64,000 nucleotides of DNA from Bacilli bacterium (lineage in GTDB: Bacteria; Bacillota_I; Bacilli_A; RFN20; CAG-826): the NCBI GenBank assembly GCA_045631885.1, contig JAZQVN010000015.1, positions 2,452-66,451 of the forward strand. The letters run 5' to 3'. The position numbers and the translations under genes are program-made. Every line of letters begins with the position of its first letter. The first letter of the stretch is position 1. This document shows, piece by piece, positions 1 to 10,350 of this stretch. The notes below the pieces were generated by a model. It did not search any database and was not told where the DNA came from. It was given only the letters and a program-made list of their open reading frames with translations.

Positions 1-579
1 TTTTACATCTTCATCAGAGAATGTTTTATTTCTTTCCGGATGCCACATTGTGCCATATATTTGATACCTTTTATGTTTAATTGCTTCTATCACACCATCT
101 GTAGAAATCATTAATGGAACAAGTTCATCTCCAATCAATTTTACGCACGCTAAATTGTGATAACTGTTAACCATCCTATTTTTATATACACCACATATTT
201 CGTGATCTTTTCTCACGTGATTTTTAACATCGATTAGAGTTTCTCCAAAAAAATCTAAAATTGATTGCATACCTCTACATATTCCATAAAGTGGCAAATT
301 ATTATCAATGGCGTATTTAATTAAATATCTATCTAATTCATCTTTTTCTGGAGCATTGCCACCATATTTAACTAAACTATTACCTCCAGTCAGAACAATG
401 CCTTTCGGTTTTAATTTGTCAACTATCTCTTTTGCAATATAACAATTATTTGGCAAAGCAATCGGTATAAATCCACATTCAAAAAAAAGTTTACCAATCA
501 TTTGATCAGCGCAATCTCTTCTTTCGTTATATGATTCGACTATCTCTACGCGTTGGGTATATAAGATGATTTTATTCAT
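1..579 (-). CDS. Class I glutamine amidotransferase-like / peptidase C26 hydrolase (Cj1417-like gamma-glutamyl-CDP-amidate hydrolase), runs off the left edge
   Basis: Not in the ORF track. Manual translation from ATG 579: MNKIILYTQRVEIVESYNERRDCADQ...GIVLTGGN...GICRGMQ...MWHPE (Cys-His-Glu triad motifs). Confidence 0.85.
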   Translation of the reverse strand, partial: MNKIILYTQRVEIVESYNERRDCADQMIGKLFFECGFIPIALPNNCYIAKEIVDKLKPKGIVLTGGNSLVKYGGNAPEKDELDRYLIKYAIDNNLPLYGICRGMQSILDFFGETLIDVKNHVRKDHEICGVYKNRMVNSYHNLACVKLIGDELVPLMISTDGVIEAIKHKRYQIYGTMWHPERNKTFSDEDVK

Positions 580-582
580 ATT

Positions 583-3378
583 TTATTTAAGCCTTATGAT
601 TTTTTCTTTCTTACAATCAATAAACAGTTCTTTTGATGAACACACATAATCAAAAATAGCTGAGCCACATCCGATAGCGGCAGGTATTTTAAATTCAGCA
701 CATCTAATCGCCATATGTGATGCCGCTCCACCATATTTGGTTATTAACCCAATAATATGCTTCGAGAAAATCCAATCGTATCCTGGATCCGCACTTTCAA
801 TAACAACGATCTTATCAGCAACATTTTTCGGGTCTGTTTTTTCATCTAACAAAATGATTTGTCCGGTTGCTTTATTATTGGTTATGTAATTGGGTCTAGA
901 TTTCAATGTCTCAATGTAATCAAAATCTTTCTCCTCACAAACAACAGAAGGAAGAATGAGCAATGATCTAACTTTAAACAATTCTTTTCTTTTTTCGATT
1001 AATATATTCCACATTTCTTTTATTTCATGCACATCTGAATAATTTAAAGCTGAATAAATGTCTGGAACTTCAAGATAAGATAAATCCTTAACCGATACAC
1101 CAATTAAATTTCCTAAATATTTCATTAGTTCAATTGCATAGCTTAAACTCTTTGTAAATATGAACTTGAAATATTCGCGTTGTTCAATTGATGTTTTTAC
1201 AAAAAATACAAAAGTCGATGAGTCAAAATCTTGTAAATTAACATCAACAGCAGCCCTCTCAAACGCTTCACAAATCTTTTTTTCTAAGTCGTTGTTGCAA
1301 GAAAAAGAAGTCGCTGAGTTAATGTTTGTATAGTTTATTAAATTATCCATTTGATCATATCTTGGACTTCTAATATCATAAGTGCCCGCTCGCAAATGAC
1401 CATATTTGTTTCTATATTCTCTTTCACTCAATTCTCTGGCTAATACTCTTTGGTAATCGTTATAGTATTCAACTGCAACGGTATTGATGCTCGAAAAGAA
1501 CTCATCCAAATTATGTTGTTCTATATAATTTTTCGTACATAACGATTTGCAGATAGATTTTGCAATAAATGCGCATCTAGCCTGTCGAGAGAATTGGGGG
1601 GTGCCATATTTTGAAATAGAAATCAATAATTCTTTAATTGAGTTAGCAATTAATTTGGAATCGTTGTTGTTGTTTTGAATTTTTCTTTCAACTTTTTTTC
1701 TCACCACTTCAAGTTGATTTAATTCAATTAAATCATTAGATAATGTGGTTTTATAATTTTTTATTATGTTAAATGTTAAAGATGCTAACGATTTTTCTAT
1801 GTTTTCAATTTCGTTTTCATCAAAATGATTTCTTATTTCTAATAATCTGTCATGCAATGCAAAGTCAAAACAATTGTGAGATATTTCAAATTCTATTTTA
1901 TCATGCGATGATAAGTCTTTTTTTAATTCGGTTATATAATAATCTCTTAATTTAATAACAAGATCATCATTAAAGTTGTTTGGCATTAAAGCTTCAAAAG
2001 ATTTTTCTAAATTAATATAAGGTTTATTTCCAAACCTATACATCAAATCTCCCTCAACTTTTCTATATCCGAGTCTTAGCAAACCATCGTTCCATGCTTT
2101 TTTGGTAATAATCTCTCTATATAGAGAATAGTCTAAAAATCTCGGATTATCTCCGATTATTTCAGCAGGATTCCAAAACGCCATATCTGAAAAGCAAGTA
2201 AGTCCGCAACCTAACAATTGTTTGTATTGTTCAATCGATTCTTTTTTCTCTTTATCAATTTCATAATCATGACTATTCCTATCATATTTATATGCCGCGG
2301 CAAGAGGTCTAACTTGGAAAATAACAACCTCTTTTGTTTTTGTTATTGCAAATTCTATATCTAAATAAATACCAGGTAAAATATTTACGATTTCATATAC
2401 AGAATTCATGAGCTTTTTCCATTTGTCAGGAATGTTCTTTTTGTTAAGAGAATATGAAAACCAAACGGTTTCACTACATAATCCAGAAGTCACAGAATTA
2501 GTGCTACCGCCTTCGTCAAAATTTATAACATAGTAAGGCCTGTTTTTTTGTATATCTCTTGTAAAAACAACACCAGAAATCTCAACATCATCCGTTTGTT
2601 TTTGTATTAGTACTTGCTCATTATCATCTATGCTTTCTCCGTATGAATTAAACACATTGTTGATTGCTCGCATAATTTCTTGTTCATCCGAACCATCAAC
2701 ATTTAAAACACTAGAAAAATGGCCGGCATTAGATTCATTAAATGCATCTTCATGTTTAGATGAGCTTCTAACAATGATTTTGTTCCTATCGAATAATTTA
2801 GTCACGCATTTAGCGACTATTTCTGGTTCTTTAAAATATTCAGCAAAAGTTATTATGTGGATTTTTTCTATTTTTGATCGTTTTAATTTTTGGGAAAGAG
2901 ATAATAATGTATTTGCTTTAGTTGATATTAGATTTCCATCAATTATTTGTTTCTTTTCTTCCCCGTTTTTAAAAAACTCAAATATTTTTTGAGGAGACAT
3001 TTTATCGTAATATTCAGTTTTAACTACTGATCCACCAATGGATTCTACATACTCTCTAGCAGAAGCGAACCCCCACTCATTGCTGTGATAAAGAGTAATA
3101 ATTGCATTCGGATATTTTTCGTGTATCATTTTTAAATTATCAAGCGGGTCAAATGTTTGTTGGGGGATTATTTCATCGATGAACTTAATTCCTTTCAATA
3201 CTTCAAGCCTTTCCTCTTCATTAGAAATGTGAGAACCAAACCAGGATTCAGATGCACTATCACTAACCAAACCAAAAATAAGCCAATCGGCATTTTCTTT
3301 TGCTTTTTTCAAAGCGCGAATGTGCCCATAATGGACCAAATCCATCATTCCATAACTATATGCTATTCTTTTTTTCAT
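583..3378 (-). CDS. Fusion of an HxGH cytidylyltransferase and a PPDK/PEP-synthase-like L-glutamine kinase (Cj1418-like)
   Basis: N-terminal GMMDLVHYGH; ATP-grasp motifs IVRSS...ED, SGVVFT, DIEFA...QVRP; C-terminal phospho-His motif ADPGYDW...GGAASHMAIRCAE. Confidence 0.85.
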   Translation of the reverse strand: MKKRIAYSYGMMDLVHYGHIRALKKAKENADWLIFGLVSDSASESWFGSHISNEEERLEVLKGIKFIDEIIPQQTFDPLDNLKMIHEKYPNAIITLYHSNEWGFASAREYVESIGGSVVKTEYYDKMSPQKIFEFFKNGEEKKQIIDGNLISTKANTLLSLSQKLKRSKIEKIHIITFAEYFKEPEIVAKCVTKLFDRNKIIVRSSSKHEDAFNESNAGHFSSVLNVDGSDEQEIMRAINNVFNSYGESIDDNEQVLIQKQTDDVEISGVVFTRDIQKNRPYYVINFDEGGSTNSVTSGLCSETVWFSYSLNKKNIPDKWKKLMNSVYEIVNILPGIYLDIEFAITKTKEVVIFQVRPLAAAYKYDRNSHDYEIDKEKKESIEQYKQLLGCGLTCFSDMAFWNPAEIIGDNPRFLDYSLYREIITKKAWNDGLLRLGYRKVEGDLMYRFGNKPYINLEKSFEALMPNNFNDDLVIKLRDYYITELKKDLSSHDKIEFEISHNCFDFALHDRLLEIRNHFDENEIENIEKSLASLTFNIIKNYKTTLSNDLIELNQLEVVRKKVERKIQNNNNDSKLIANSIKELLISISKYGTPQFSRQARCAFIAKSICKSLCTKNYIEQHNLDEFFSSINTVAVEYYNDYQRVLARELSEREYRNKYGHLRAGTYDIRSPRYDQMDNLINYTNINSATSFSCNNDLEKKICEAFERAAVDVNLQDFDSSTFVFFVKTSIEQREYFKFIFTKSLSYAIELMKYLGNLIGVSVKDLSYLEVPDIYSALNYSDVHEIKEMWNILIEKRKELFKVRSLLILPSVVCEEKDFDYIETLKSRPNYITNNKATGQIILLDEKTDPKNVADKIVVIESADPGYDWIFSKHIIGLITKYGGAASHMAIRCAEFKIPAAIGCGSAIFDYVCSSKELFIDCKKEKIIRLK

Positions 3379-4576
3379 TTTTATTTTCGTTCATTATTAT
3401 ATCACATACAGATTTACAGTTATTACAACCATATTCACCAAGTAGCATTTTTTTAATTCTTCTTCTTTCAGCAGCCCAACTATCTTTATTTTGATCGACA
3501 TTAGCTAAAAAAAATTTAAATTCGTCAAAGGTTTTCAATTTTGGGCCAGGCATTATCGATTCAATATTGTCAATGGTAAAACCTCTATTTTTTCTGTATA
3601 TTTCTTCATCGCTAAGCAAAAACCCTATCATTCTATCTAACTCAAGATAGGAAATATAAGCGGAGGAATAGTCCGTTATCATTGCATCGATAAGAGGATA
3701 AATTCCATGCAACAACAATCCATTTTTTTGCATAAAATTATTATCCAAAAACACAATTCTTTTTATATTGTTCGGTAAAGTGTTGTCTGTTTTTTGAGCG
3801 TGATGAGTTTTAATAATCAATAACTCATTATTTTTAATTAATTCATTATCCATTTCTATCAATTGTTCTTCGTCTAGCGAAAGAGGAAATTCATCTCTAA
3901 AAAAGATAGCATCACTTTTATATGCATTTCTAAAAGTGCACATGCACAAAAGAATTTTGATATCATTATTTTCTTGATGGTATTTTATGGTTTTTAAAAA
4001 TTCTTCTTTCGACAAATTATTTAAAAACATTTCGTCATTTCTCGGCATGCCTGCAATTATTATGTTTTGTTTGGCTAAAATGTCATACTTTTTCATCATC
4101 AAATTCGCACATTCAGTAGTTGACTCCGTAACATATACTTTTGGCAAGTCCCCAGTGAATAATCCATTATAATAATTCTCACCATTTTTTAATAAAAATT
4201 CATAGTGTTTGAGATATATTATTTTTGTTTGCGAATTCAATTTGGTGCCTTTGAAATAATGGCAAAAATAAGAAAAAAATATATATTTTGTGAGTGGCAA
4301 ATAAAAATGATATAAGAGAAATTTGTCAATCTTTCTTTCTATGAATATAGATTCCTTTTTTTCAATATAATAATGTCTACAATCATATTGTTTTTGATTG
4401 CTAATTATATACTTAATCCTGAAATTTGGGTGGTTCTTTTTTAAATATTTATAAAGAGAAAGCGTATTATCATAAAAATAATTAGCGGATTCCAAAATTA
4501 TGTAATTGTGTTTTTGAAACAGCAAAGCTATTTTTATTGCAGCAGAAATCATCCACTTCACTATTTTTTTCATCAA
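3356..4576 (-). CDS. CDP-glycerol:glycerophosphotransferase family (TagF/TarF-like)
   Basis: GMPRND, TFR, KxH and DAMITDYSS motifs. Confidence 0.8.
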   Translation of the reverse strand: MMKKIVKWMISAAIKIALLFQKHNYIILESANYFYDNTLSLYKYLKKNHPNFRIKYIISNQKQYDCRHYYIEKKESIFIERKIDKFLLYHFYLPLTKYIFFSYFCHYFKGTKLNSQTKIIYLKHYEFLLKNGENYYNGLFTGDLPKVYVTESTTECANLMMKKYDILAKQNIIIAGMPRNDEMFLNNLSKEEFLKTIKYHQENNDIKILLCMCTFRNAYKSDAIFFRDEFPLSLDEEQLIEMDNELIKNNELLIIKTHHAQKTDNTLPNNIKRIVFLDNNFMQKNGLLLHGIYPLIDAMITDYSSAYISYLELDRMIGFLLSDEEIYRKNRGFTIDNIESIMPGPKLKTFDEFKFFLANVDQNKDSWAAERRRIKKMLLGEYGCNNCKSVCDIIMNENKNEKKNSI

Positions 4577-7179
4577 ACCACCTTCCTTTTTATAATATTT
4601 CTATAAAAATCTAATAATATTTTTTTCTTAAAAACAAAAAGCAATCCAAGATATACAACTAAAAAGGAAAAACCTTGAATTATAATCATTAGGATATTGG
4701 AAATCTGCATATGGGAATTTATCAAGAATTTCAATCCATAGCTTGCGCCAATTCCTACTGACGCAATCGCAATATAGAAAAGTAAATTAATAAAATAATG
4801 TCCGATAGGCAATTTTATAATTTTTTTATTATAAATGTTTAAAGCTATCCAATTGCCAAGCACAACGCTTATAATGGTCCCTCCCGTTACTGCCCATACA
4901 GCGTGTTGTTTAGGGAGAAGATGCACAAATAAAATTGATAAACTAATATTAACTATGGCAAACGTTATATAAATGATTGCTCTAAACTTATGTTTATTCA
5001 TTGCTCTTTGAATTGATACGCATAATGTCCCGGTCAATGTAACGATATCCAACAACAAAAAAGGAATTGCATGATAAAAAACCATGATTCTCGATTCGCC
5101 TAACCAAGCAGACACAAATGGTAGCCCACAAGATAAAAATCCTCCGACAAACAGCAGAACAATAATCATTTGAGCGCTCGAGACTCTTAAAAACAATTCG
5201 TTAATATCACTTTGTCTATCATTCATTACCAATTCATTTATTTTTGGTACAAAAGTGCCAGATATGGCTGTTGCCATACTTAATAAATAAGTATTAAATG
5301 TCTTTGAAAGAGTGTAAGTGGTTACTGATTCGGAGTTCACCATAATCCCAAGAATGGTTTTATCAACATTGTTGTTTATTTGATCTACAATTGTATTTAA
5401 AAGTATGAAACTAGAAAAAACAAATAAATCTATATATATTTTTTTATCTTGTTTACTTATTTTTTCAAATTTTATTTTAAGTCGTTTGCAACAATATAAA
5501 AGATTGAGAAAATTAATAATTATGGAAAGAGAGAGCGAAACGATTGCAATAGCAAGTGGGGAATGCGTAAGAACAACAAACAATAAGCTTAATAAAGGGT
5601 TGAGGAACGACAACAATAGACTTAGTGTATTTTGAAAAATAAACTCTTTTTTATAAGTAATAAAAAAGGTAAAAACAGAAAAAACCATTCCAACACTTAC
5701 ATTTAATCCAGAAATAAAAATCAAATAAACGATAATTCTATTTTCTTCATAGGTGTAGTTGTTAAGCTTAAAATTGCCAAGCGAACCAGCTATTAAAAAA
5801 ATCAACGACGATAAAAGAACAATAAATGAAAGGAAAAGGAATAAACTAAAATAAACTGAGTTGATTTTTGATGTTTTATTTTCTTCTTTTTGTTCTTTTG
5901 AAGCAAAGCGAACATAAGATGCCGCTAGAGCAGATGAAATGATTGTTAACCACGAAGTAATTGAACTAGCAAAAGAAACCAAACCATAATTCGCATCCCC
6001 AAGATAATTGAGAATGCGTGGAGTGATGAATAATGACATAAATATAGATGTTCCAAGAGTGATGTATGTTATTGTTATTCCGAGATGAACATTGCTCTTT
6101 TCACTAACCTTTCCTTTGTTGAAAGAAATTGAGCGCCATATTTTGTTAAACACAAATCCAATCAACCCGGATGCACACAAAGTAGCGAACAAAACAACAG
6201 AAAAGTATAAATATTCGTTTGATGATATGAATGTCATTCTTTGAAAAATCATCATAAATATCTCTTGAGTCATGTATATCCAAAAACAATTCTTTCCTAA
6301 GAAAATAAGAAATCTGTTTTTTATTTGAACTATGTATGAAAGAGAAACCAAAGATGAGACAAAAAACAATATCGCCAAGGAATATATTAACTGATTTGAA
6401 ACAAGATACTTTGGAATGAAATAATTAAATACGAGAAAGGATAAAAGGCTGAAGACAAAAACAATTAAGGGAATTAATTTTCCTTTATTAAAAAGGTAGA
6501 CAATTCTTCTTTTATATAGAGAAAACGCAACACCAAAAAAATAAGCTGGAATTGTGTTCCACCAATACGATTCCAAATCCAACCTCTTTAGACAAAAATA
6601 TAAAAATAAGCAAAGAATAAGATGAAGTAAAACAATGTATGATCGCTTGTGATTAAAGCCAACAATTCTAAATGATATGTAAGAAATCAAATATAGAAGA
6701 ATAATAACCACAACATACCATTGAGGGTTTCCAATATTTGAGAAGCCAACAAAAGACAATAAATACGAAGATATCGGATATTTTATTTTTAAAGCAAAGC
6801 TCAACATTAAAAAGAATAAAACGCCAATAAAAAAGGATAAATATACCTTTAGAACTCTATTTTTAAGCATGCTTTTTGTATAAGAATCACCATTTTTTTC
6901 AAATGATTCCATTACTCCAAAACCACTATAAAATAAAAATGGGGTTACCATCATTTGCCCCAAAAAAGTAATAATATATGTTGCCAATTTGTTTAAAAAA
7001 GATGGGGAATCCGTATATGGAAAAAAACCGCGAAAATGACTAATCATTATGATAATGGCAAAAATACCACTGATAGATAATGTTACATCTCTATGTAAAA
7101 AAGTATTTGAAGCGTTCTTTGGTTGCGGTTTTATTTTTATTAGCGCCACAATAAACAAAATAATAAAGAAAATAATCAT
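4573..7179 (-). CDS. Fusion of an acyltransferase-3 (O-acetyltransferase) and a Wzx-type flippase
   Basis: N-half multi-TM with ISH, FLFYSGFG, QWYV; C-half FITPRILNYLG...YG and IVDQINNNVDKTILG flippase motifs. Confidence 0.8.
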   Translation of the reverse strand: MIIFFIILFIVALIKIKPQPKNASNTFLHRDVTLSISGIFAIIIMISHFRGFFPYTDSPSFLNKLATYIITFLGQMMVTPFLFYSGFGVMESFEKNGDSYTKSMLKNRVLKVYLSFFIGVLFFLMLSFALKIKYPISSYLLSFVGFSNIGNPQWYVVVIILLYLISYISFRIVGFNHKRSYIVLLHLILCLFLYFCLKRLDLESYWWNTIPAYFFGVAFSLYKRRIVYLFNKGKLIPLIVFVFSLLSFLVFNYFIPKYLVSNQLIYSLAILFFVSSLVSLSYIVQIKNRFLIFLGKNCFWIYMTQEIFMMIFQRMTFISSNEYLYFSVVLFATLCASGLIGFVFNKIWRSISFNKGKVSEKSNVHLGITITYITLGTSIFMSLFITPRILNYLGDANYGLVSFASSITSWLTIISSALAASYVRFASKEQKEENKTSKINSVYFSLFLFLSFIVLLSSLIFLIAGSLGNFKLNNYTYEENRIIVYLIFISGLNVSVGMVFSVFTFFITYKKEFIFQNTLSLLLSFLNPLLSLLFVVLTHSPLAIAIVSLSLSIIINFLNLLYCCKRLKIKFEKISKQDKKIYIDLFVFSSFILLNTIVDQINNNVDKTILGIMVNSESVTTYTLSKTFNTYLLSMATAISGTFVPKINELVMNDRQSDINELFLRVSSAQMIIVLLFVGGFLSCGLPFVSAWLGESRIMVFYHAIPFLLLDIVTLTGTLCVSIQRAMNKHKFRAIIYITFAIVNISLSILFVHLLPKQHAVWAVTGGTIISVVLGNWIALNIYNKKIIKLPIGHYFINLLFYIAIASVGIGASYGLKFLINSHMQISNILMIIIQGFSFLVVYLGLLFVFKKKILLDFYRNIIKRKVV

Positions 7180-7223
7180 ATTAATTATTTTATTGCAAAT
7201 TAAAATCTTTTAAAATAAAAAAT

Positions 7224-8270
7224 ATGTCAACAAATCCATTGGTAAGTATTATGATTCCAGTATTTCAAGGCGAGGACTACATTTCTCGTTGTCTTGAATC
7301 AGTTTTGAATCAAACATATAAAAATATAGAAGCGATAGTAGTTAACGATGGTTCGACCGATAAAACAGAAGATATTGTTAAATCATTTATCAATATATTC
7401 GAATCGAGAGAAATGAAATTAATATACAAACGCAAATGCAACGGAGGACAATCATCGGCTATAAATGAAGCGTTAAAACTAGTGAGCGGGGAATATGTCG
7501 CTTGGTTTGATTCAGATGATATGCTCCATCCACAATTTGTAGAACGGCTTCTAACCGCTTTAAAAGAGCAAAACACATTTTTTTCTTTTTCCAAGATTGG
7601 ATTTGTTAAAGAAAAAAAACTTGATAAATATATATTTATCGCTGGAAGAGAAAAGCCAGCAAAAGAAGACTATTTTTTCGAAGATTTAATATTAGAGAAA
7701 AACATAATTTATGGAAGCGGAAGTTGTTTGGTAAAAACATCACATTTATTTGAAAGGCTTCAAAAAAAATCCATTTTTGATTCAAAGGAAGGACAAAATT
7801 GGCAACTTATGCTTCCGATCGTTTACAAAACACGGTGTGCCTATGTCGATGAGGTTCTTTGCAAAATAGTAATTAGGAAGAATAGTCATTCTAGAAAACC
7901 ACGTAATAAAAATGAGCAAATTGAAAGAAATAATAATTTTATTATATTACTAGAAAACACCATCGACAGAATTGATGCGATTCCGATAAGCGAAAAACAA
8001 CACTTTCATTCAATAATAAAAAATAAATATTTGGTTAGGAATTTTGAAATCGGTTATAAGTATGGTGATAAAAAAATAGTTAATTTTTACTATAAAGCGA
8101 TTAAAGAAAAAAACATATCTACCGAAACTATAGAAAAAAAATATAAAATTTTATGCAAAAGTCGAACGAAAATACCATATTATATTAACAAAATTAATGT
8201 TTTTATATGTGTTTTTATAAACAAAGCAAGAGGAAAAATAAAATGCAAAACCCAAAAGCGTACGCAATAA
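7224..8270 (+). CDS. Glycosyltransferase family 2
   Basis: PLVSIMIP...NQTY...NDGSTD...FDSDD. Confidence 0.9.
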   Translation: MSTNPLVSIMIPVFQGEDYISRCLESVLNQTYKNIEAIVVNDGSTDKTEDIVKSFINIFESREMKLIYKRKCNGGQSSAINEALKLVSGEYVAWFDSDDMLHPQFVERLLTALKEQNTFFSFSKIGFVKEKKLDKYIFIAGREKPAKEDYFFEDLILEKNIIYGSGSCLVKTSHLFERLQKKSIFDSKEGQNWQLMLPIVYKTRCAYVDEVLCKIVIRKNSHSRKPRNKNEQIERNNNFIILLENTIDRIDAIPISEKQHFHSIIKNKYLVRNFEIGYKYGDKKIVNFYYKAIKEKNISTETIEKKYKILCKSRTKIPYYINKINVFICVFINKARGKIKCKTQKRTQ

Positions 8271-10234
8271 CAAGCAAAGACGAAAAAGTATTAATGAAGT
8301 CCTCTAGCGGCGGGGTTTTTTATCATGTTGCTTCATATTATTTAAACAATTTGCATGGTGTAGTTTTTGGGGCAACAATTGATAATGGTGTCGTTTACCA
8401 CAAAAGAATTGACACAACTCAATATTTAGATCCGTTGTTGAAATCAAAATATGTTAAAAGTGATTTAAGGTTTACATTCAAAGAGTGTGCGACCGATTTG
8501 CAAAATGGTTTAAATGTTTTTTACATCGGTACACCTTGTCAAATTGGTGCTTTGAAAAACTACTTATCACTTAAAAACATAAACACCGATAAATTGTTAA
8601 CGGCAGATATAATTTGTCACGGTGTTCCTTCACCATTTTTTTGGGATATGTATAAACGAGAGATTTCTGGCAAAGAAACAGTTAAAAACATTGATTTCAG
8701 AAATAAAAAGAGGTGTTGGGAAGAGTTTATGTTCTCTTACGATACCGAAAAAAAGAGCATAAGCCAAATGTATAATAGAAATCCTTATATGGTTGCTTTT
8801 TTAAAAAATTACATCCTAATGGAGTCATGTTTCAATTGCGCTTTTAAAGGAGAAAATAGAAAATCTGATTTTACAATCGGAGATTTTTGGGGCGTGGAAA
8901 AATATTACCCTGAATTGTATAACAAAAAAGGGGTGTCTCTTATTGTCATCAGGAACAAGGTAGATTATTTGCTTAATATTTTAAACGAAGAAACACAGGT
9001 TTTTGAGGTGAAATATTCAGTAATATTAGATATAAACCCACCATATTTTCAAAGTGCACAAAAATGCGATGATCATGAATTCGTTATTAAAAAAATAAAT
9101 GAAAGAGGCATACTAAATGTTTTTAAGTATAGAAAAAACAAATCAATTAAACAAACTATAAAGCAGCTAATTAAGTCTTTCTTCATTATATTATTAAAAG
9201 ATAGGAAAAAAGTTAATTTGTCAAAAAAAACTGTAATAATAACGGATTATGGTTTTAATAACTATGGCAATAGATTGCAAAACTATGCTCTTAGACAAGT
9301 TTTAAAAAGTATTAATATAGATTCAGTAAATTTGTATTTTGCAAAGAACGCTTATCTATTTCCTCCCGCGTTAAGATTGAAGGCAAACAACTCTTCAACA
9401 TTCAAAAACTTTAGAAGAAATTACAATATTTACAAAGCAAGCAAAAAATCGCACGACATAGAAATATGTTATAATTATTCGCCATACATAAAAAAGCAGA
9501 TAAAAACTGTAAATAATGTAATTGTTGGGAGCGATCAAATTTGGAACTGGACTTATCACACCAACGATTTGCCTTTTTGTTTAGCTATATTTTGCGCAAA
9601 CGAAAAGGTTAACAAAATTTCATATGCTGCTTCAATCGGCACAAATCACATCGACAATAATCATTTATTTTCATTTAAAGAAGGTTTAAAAGATTATAAT
9701 GCGGTTGGCGTTAGAGAAAGCAACGCAATTGACATTCTTTCATGTTTAAAACTCAAACCAGTGCATTTGTTGGATCCTACTCTATTATTAAACGCAAAAG
9801 AATGGGAAGAAGCGGTGAAAAAATATAAAACAAAAAACGTTCCTGCAGAACGATATATATTAAAATATTGCCTCAAATGTGATAATGAAACAACGATAAC
9901 AAAATGTTTTAAAGAATATCCCATTATTGATATATTAGATTCGGAAAATTCTTTTTTCACATGTAATCAATTTGATTTTATCAATCTTATCTCTCATTCA
10001 TCGCTGGTAATATCAGATTCTTTTCACGCTTTTGTTTTTTCATTAATATTCAAAAAGAAAATTGTTTTATTTTTTAGAAATGAAATGTTAACTAGATTTC
10101 AGTCGATTTTCGATTTGTTGGGAATAAATTTTTGTGAAAACTCCATTATTGATTTAAGCACAGCGGATACATCAAAAATACAGTTCATGATAGAAAAGTC
10201 TATATTGTTTTTGAAGAACAATCTTAAACGCTAA
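8243..10234 (+). CDS. Fusion of an F420-hydrogenase beta-subunit-like Fe-S domain and a polysaccharide pyruvyl transferase
   Basis: SSSGG, GTPCQ, CHGVPS, SCFNC, DFTIGDFWG, then NYGNRLQNYAL, VGSDQIWN, VRE, DPTLL, DSFHA. Start moved to ATG 8243, which follows AGAGGA. Confidence 0.8.
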   Translation: MQNPKAYAITSKDEKVLMKSSSGGVFYHVASYYLNNLHGVVFGATIDNGVVYHKRIDTTQYLDPLLKSKYVKSDLRFTFKECATDLQNGLNVFYIGTPCQIGALKNYLSLKNINTDKLLTADIICHGVPSPFFWDMYKREISGKETVKNIDFRNKKRCWEEFMFSYDTEKKSISQMYNRNPYMVAFLKNYILMESCFNCAFKGENRKSDFTIGDFWGVEKYYPELYNKKGVSLIVIRNKVDYLLNILNEETQVFEVKYSVILDINPPYFQSAQKCDDHEFVIKKINERGILNVFKYRKNKSIKQTIKQLIKSFFIILLKDRKKVNLSKKTVIITDYGFNNYGNRLQNYALRQVLKSINIDSVNLYFAKNAYLFPPALRLKANNSSTFKNFRRNYNIYKASKKSHDIEICYNYSPYIKKQIKTVNNVIVGSDQIWNWTYHTNDLPFCLAIFCANEKVNKISYAASIGTNHIDNNHLFSFKEGLKDYNAVGVRESNAIDILSCLKLKPVHLLDPTLLLNAKEWEEAVKKYKTKNVPAERYILKYCLKCDNETTITKCFKEYPIIDILDSENSFFTCNQFDFINLISHSSLVISDSFHAFVFSLIFKKKIVLFFRNEMLTRFQSIFDLLGINFCENSIIDLSTADTSKIQFMIEKSILFLKNNLKR

Positions 10235-10350
10235 TTAAACACGACTAAATGATTCTTTGCTTATTAACGAGAGTGGCAAACAATTCAGTTTTATTAAAAT
10301 ATTACTATTTTTTCTTTTTTACAGATAGAAAAAAAGATAAAATATTATCC

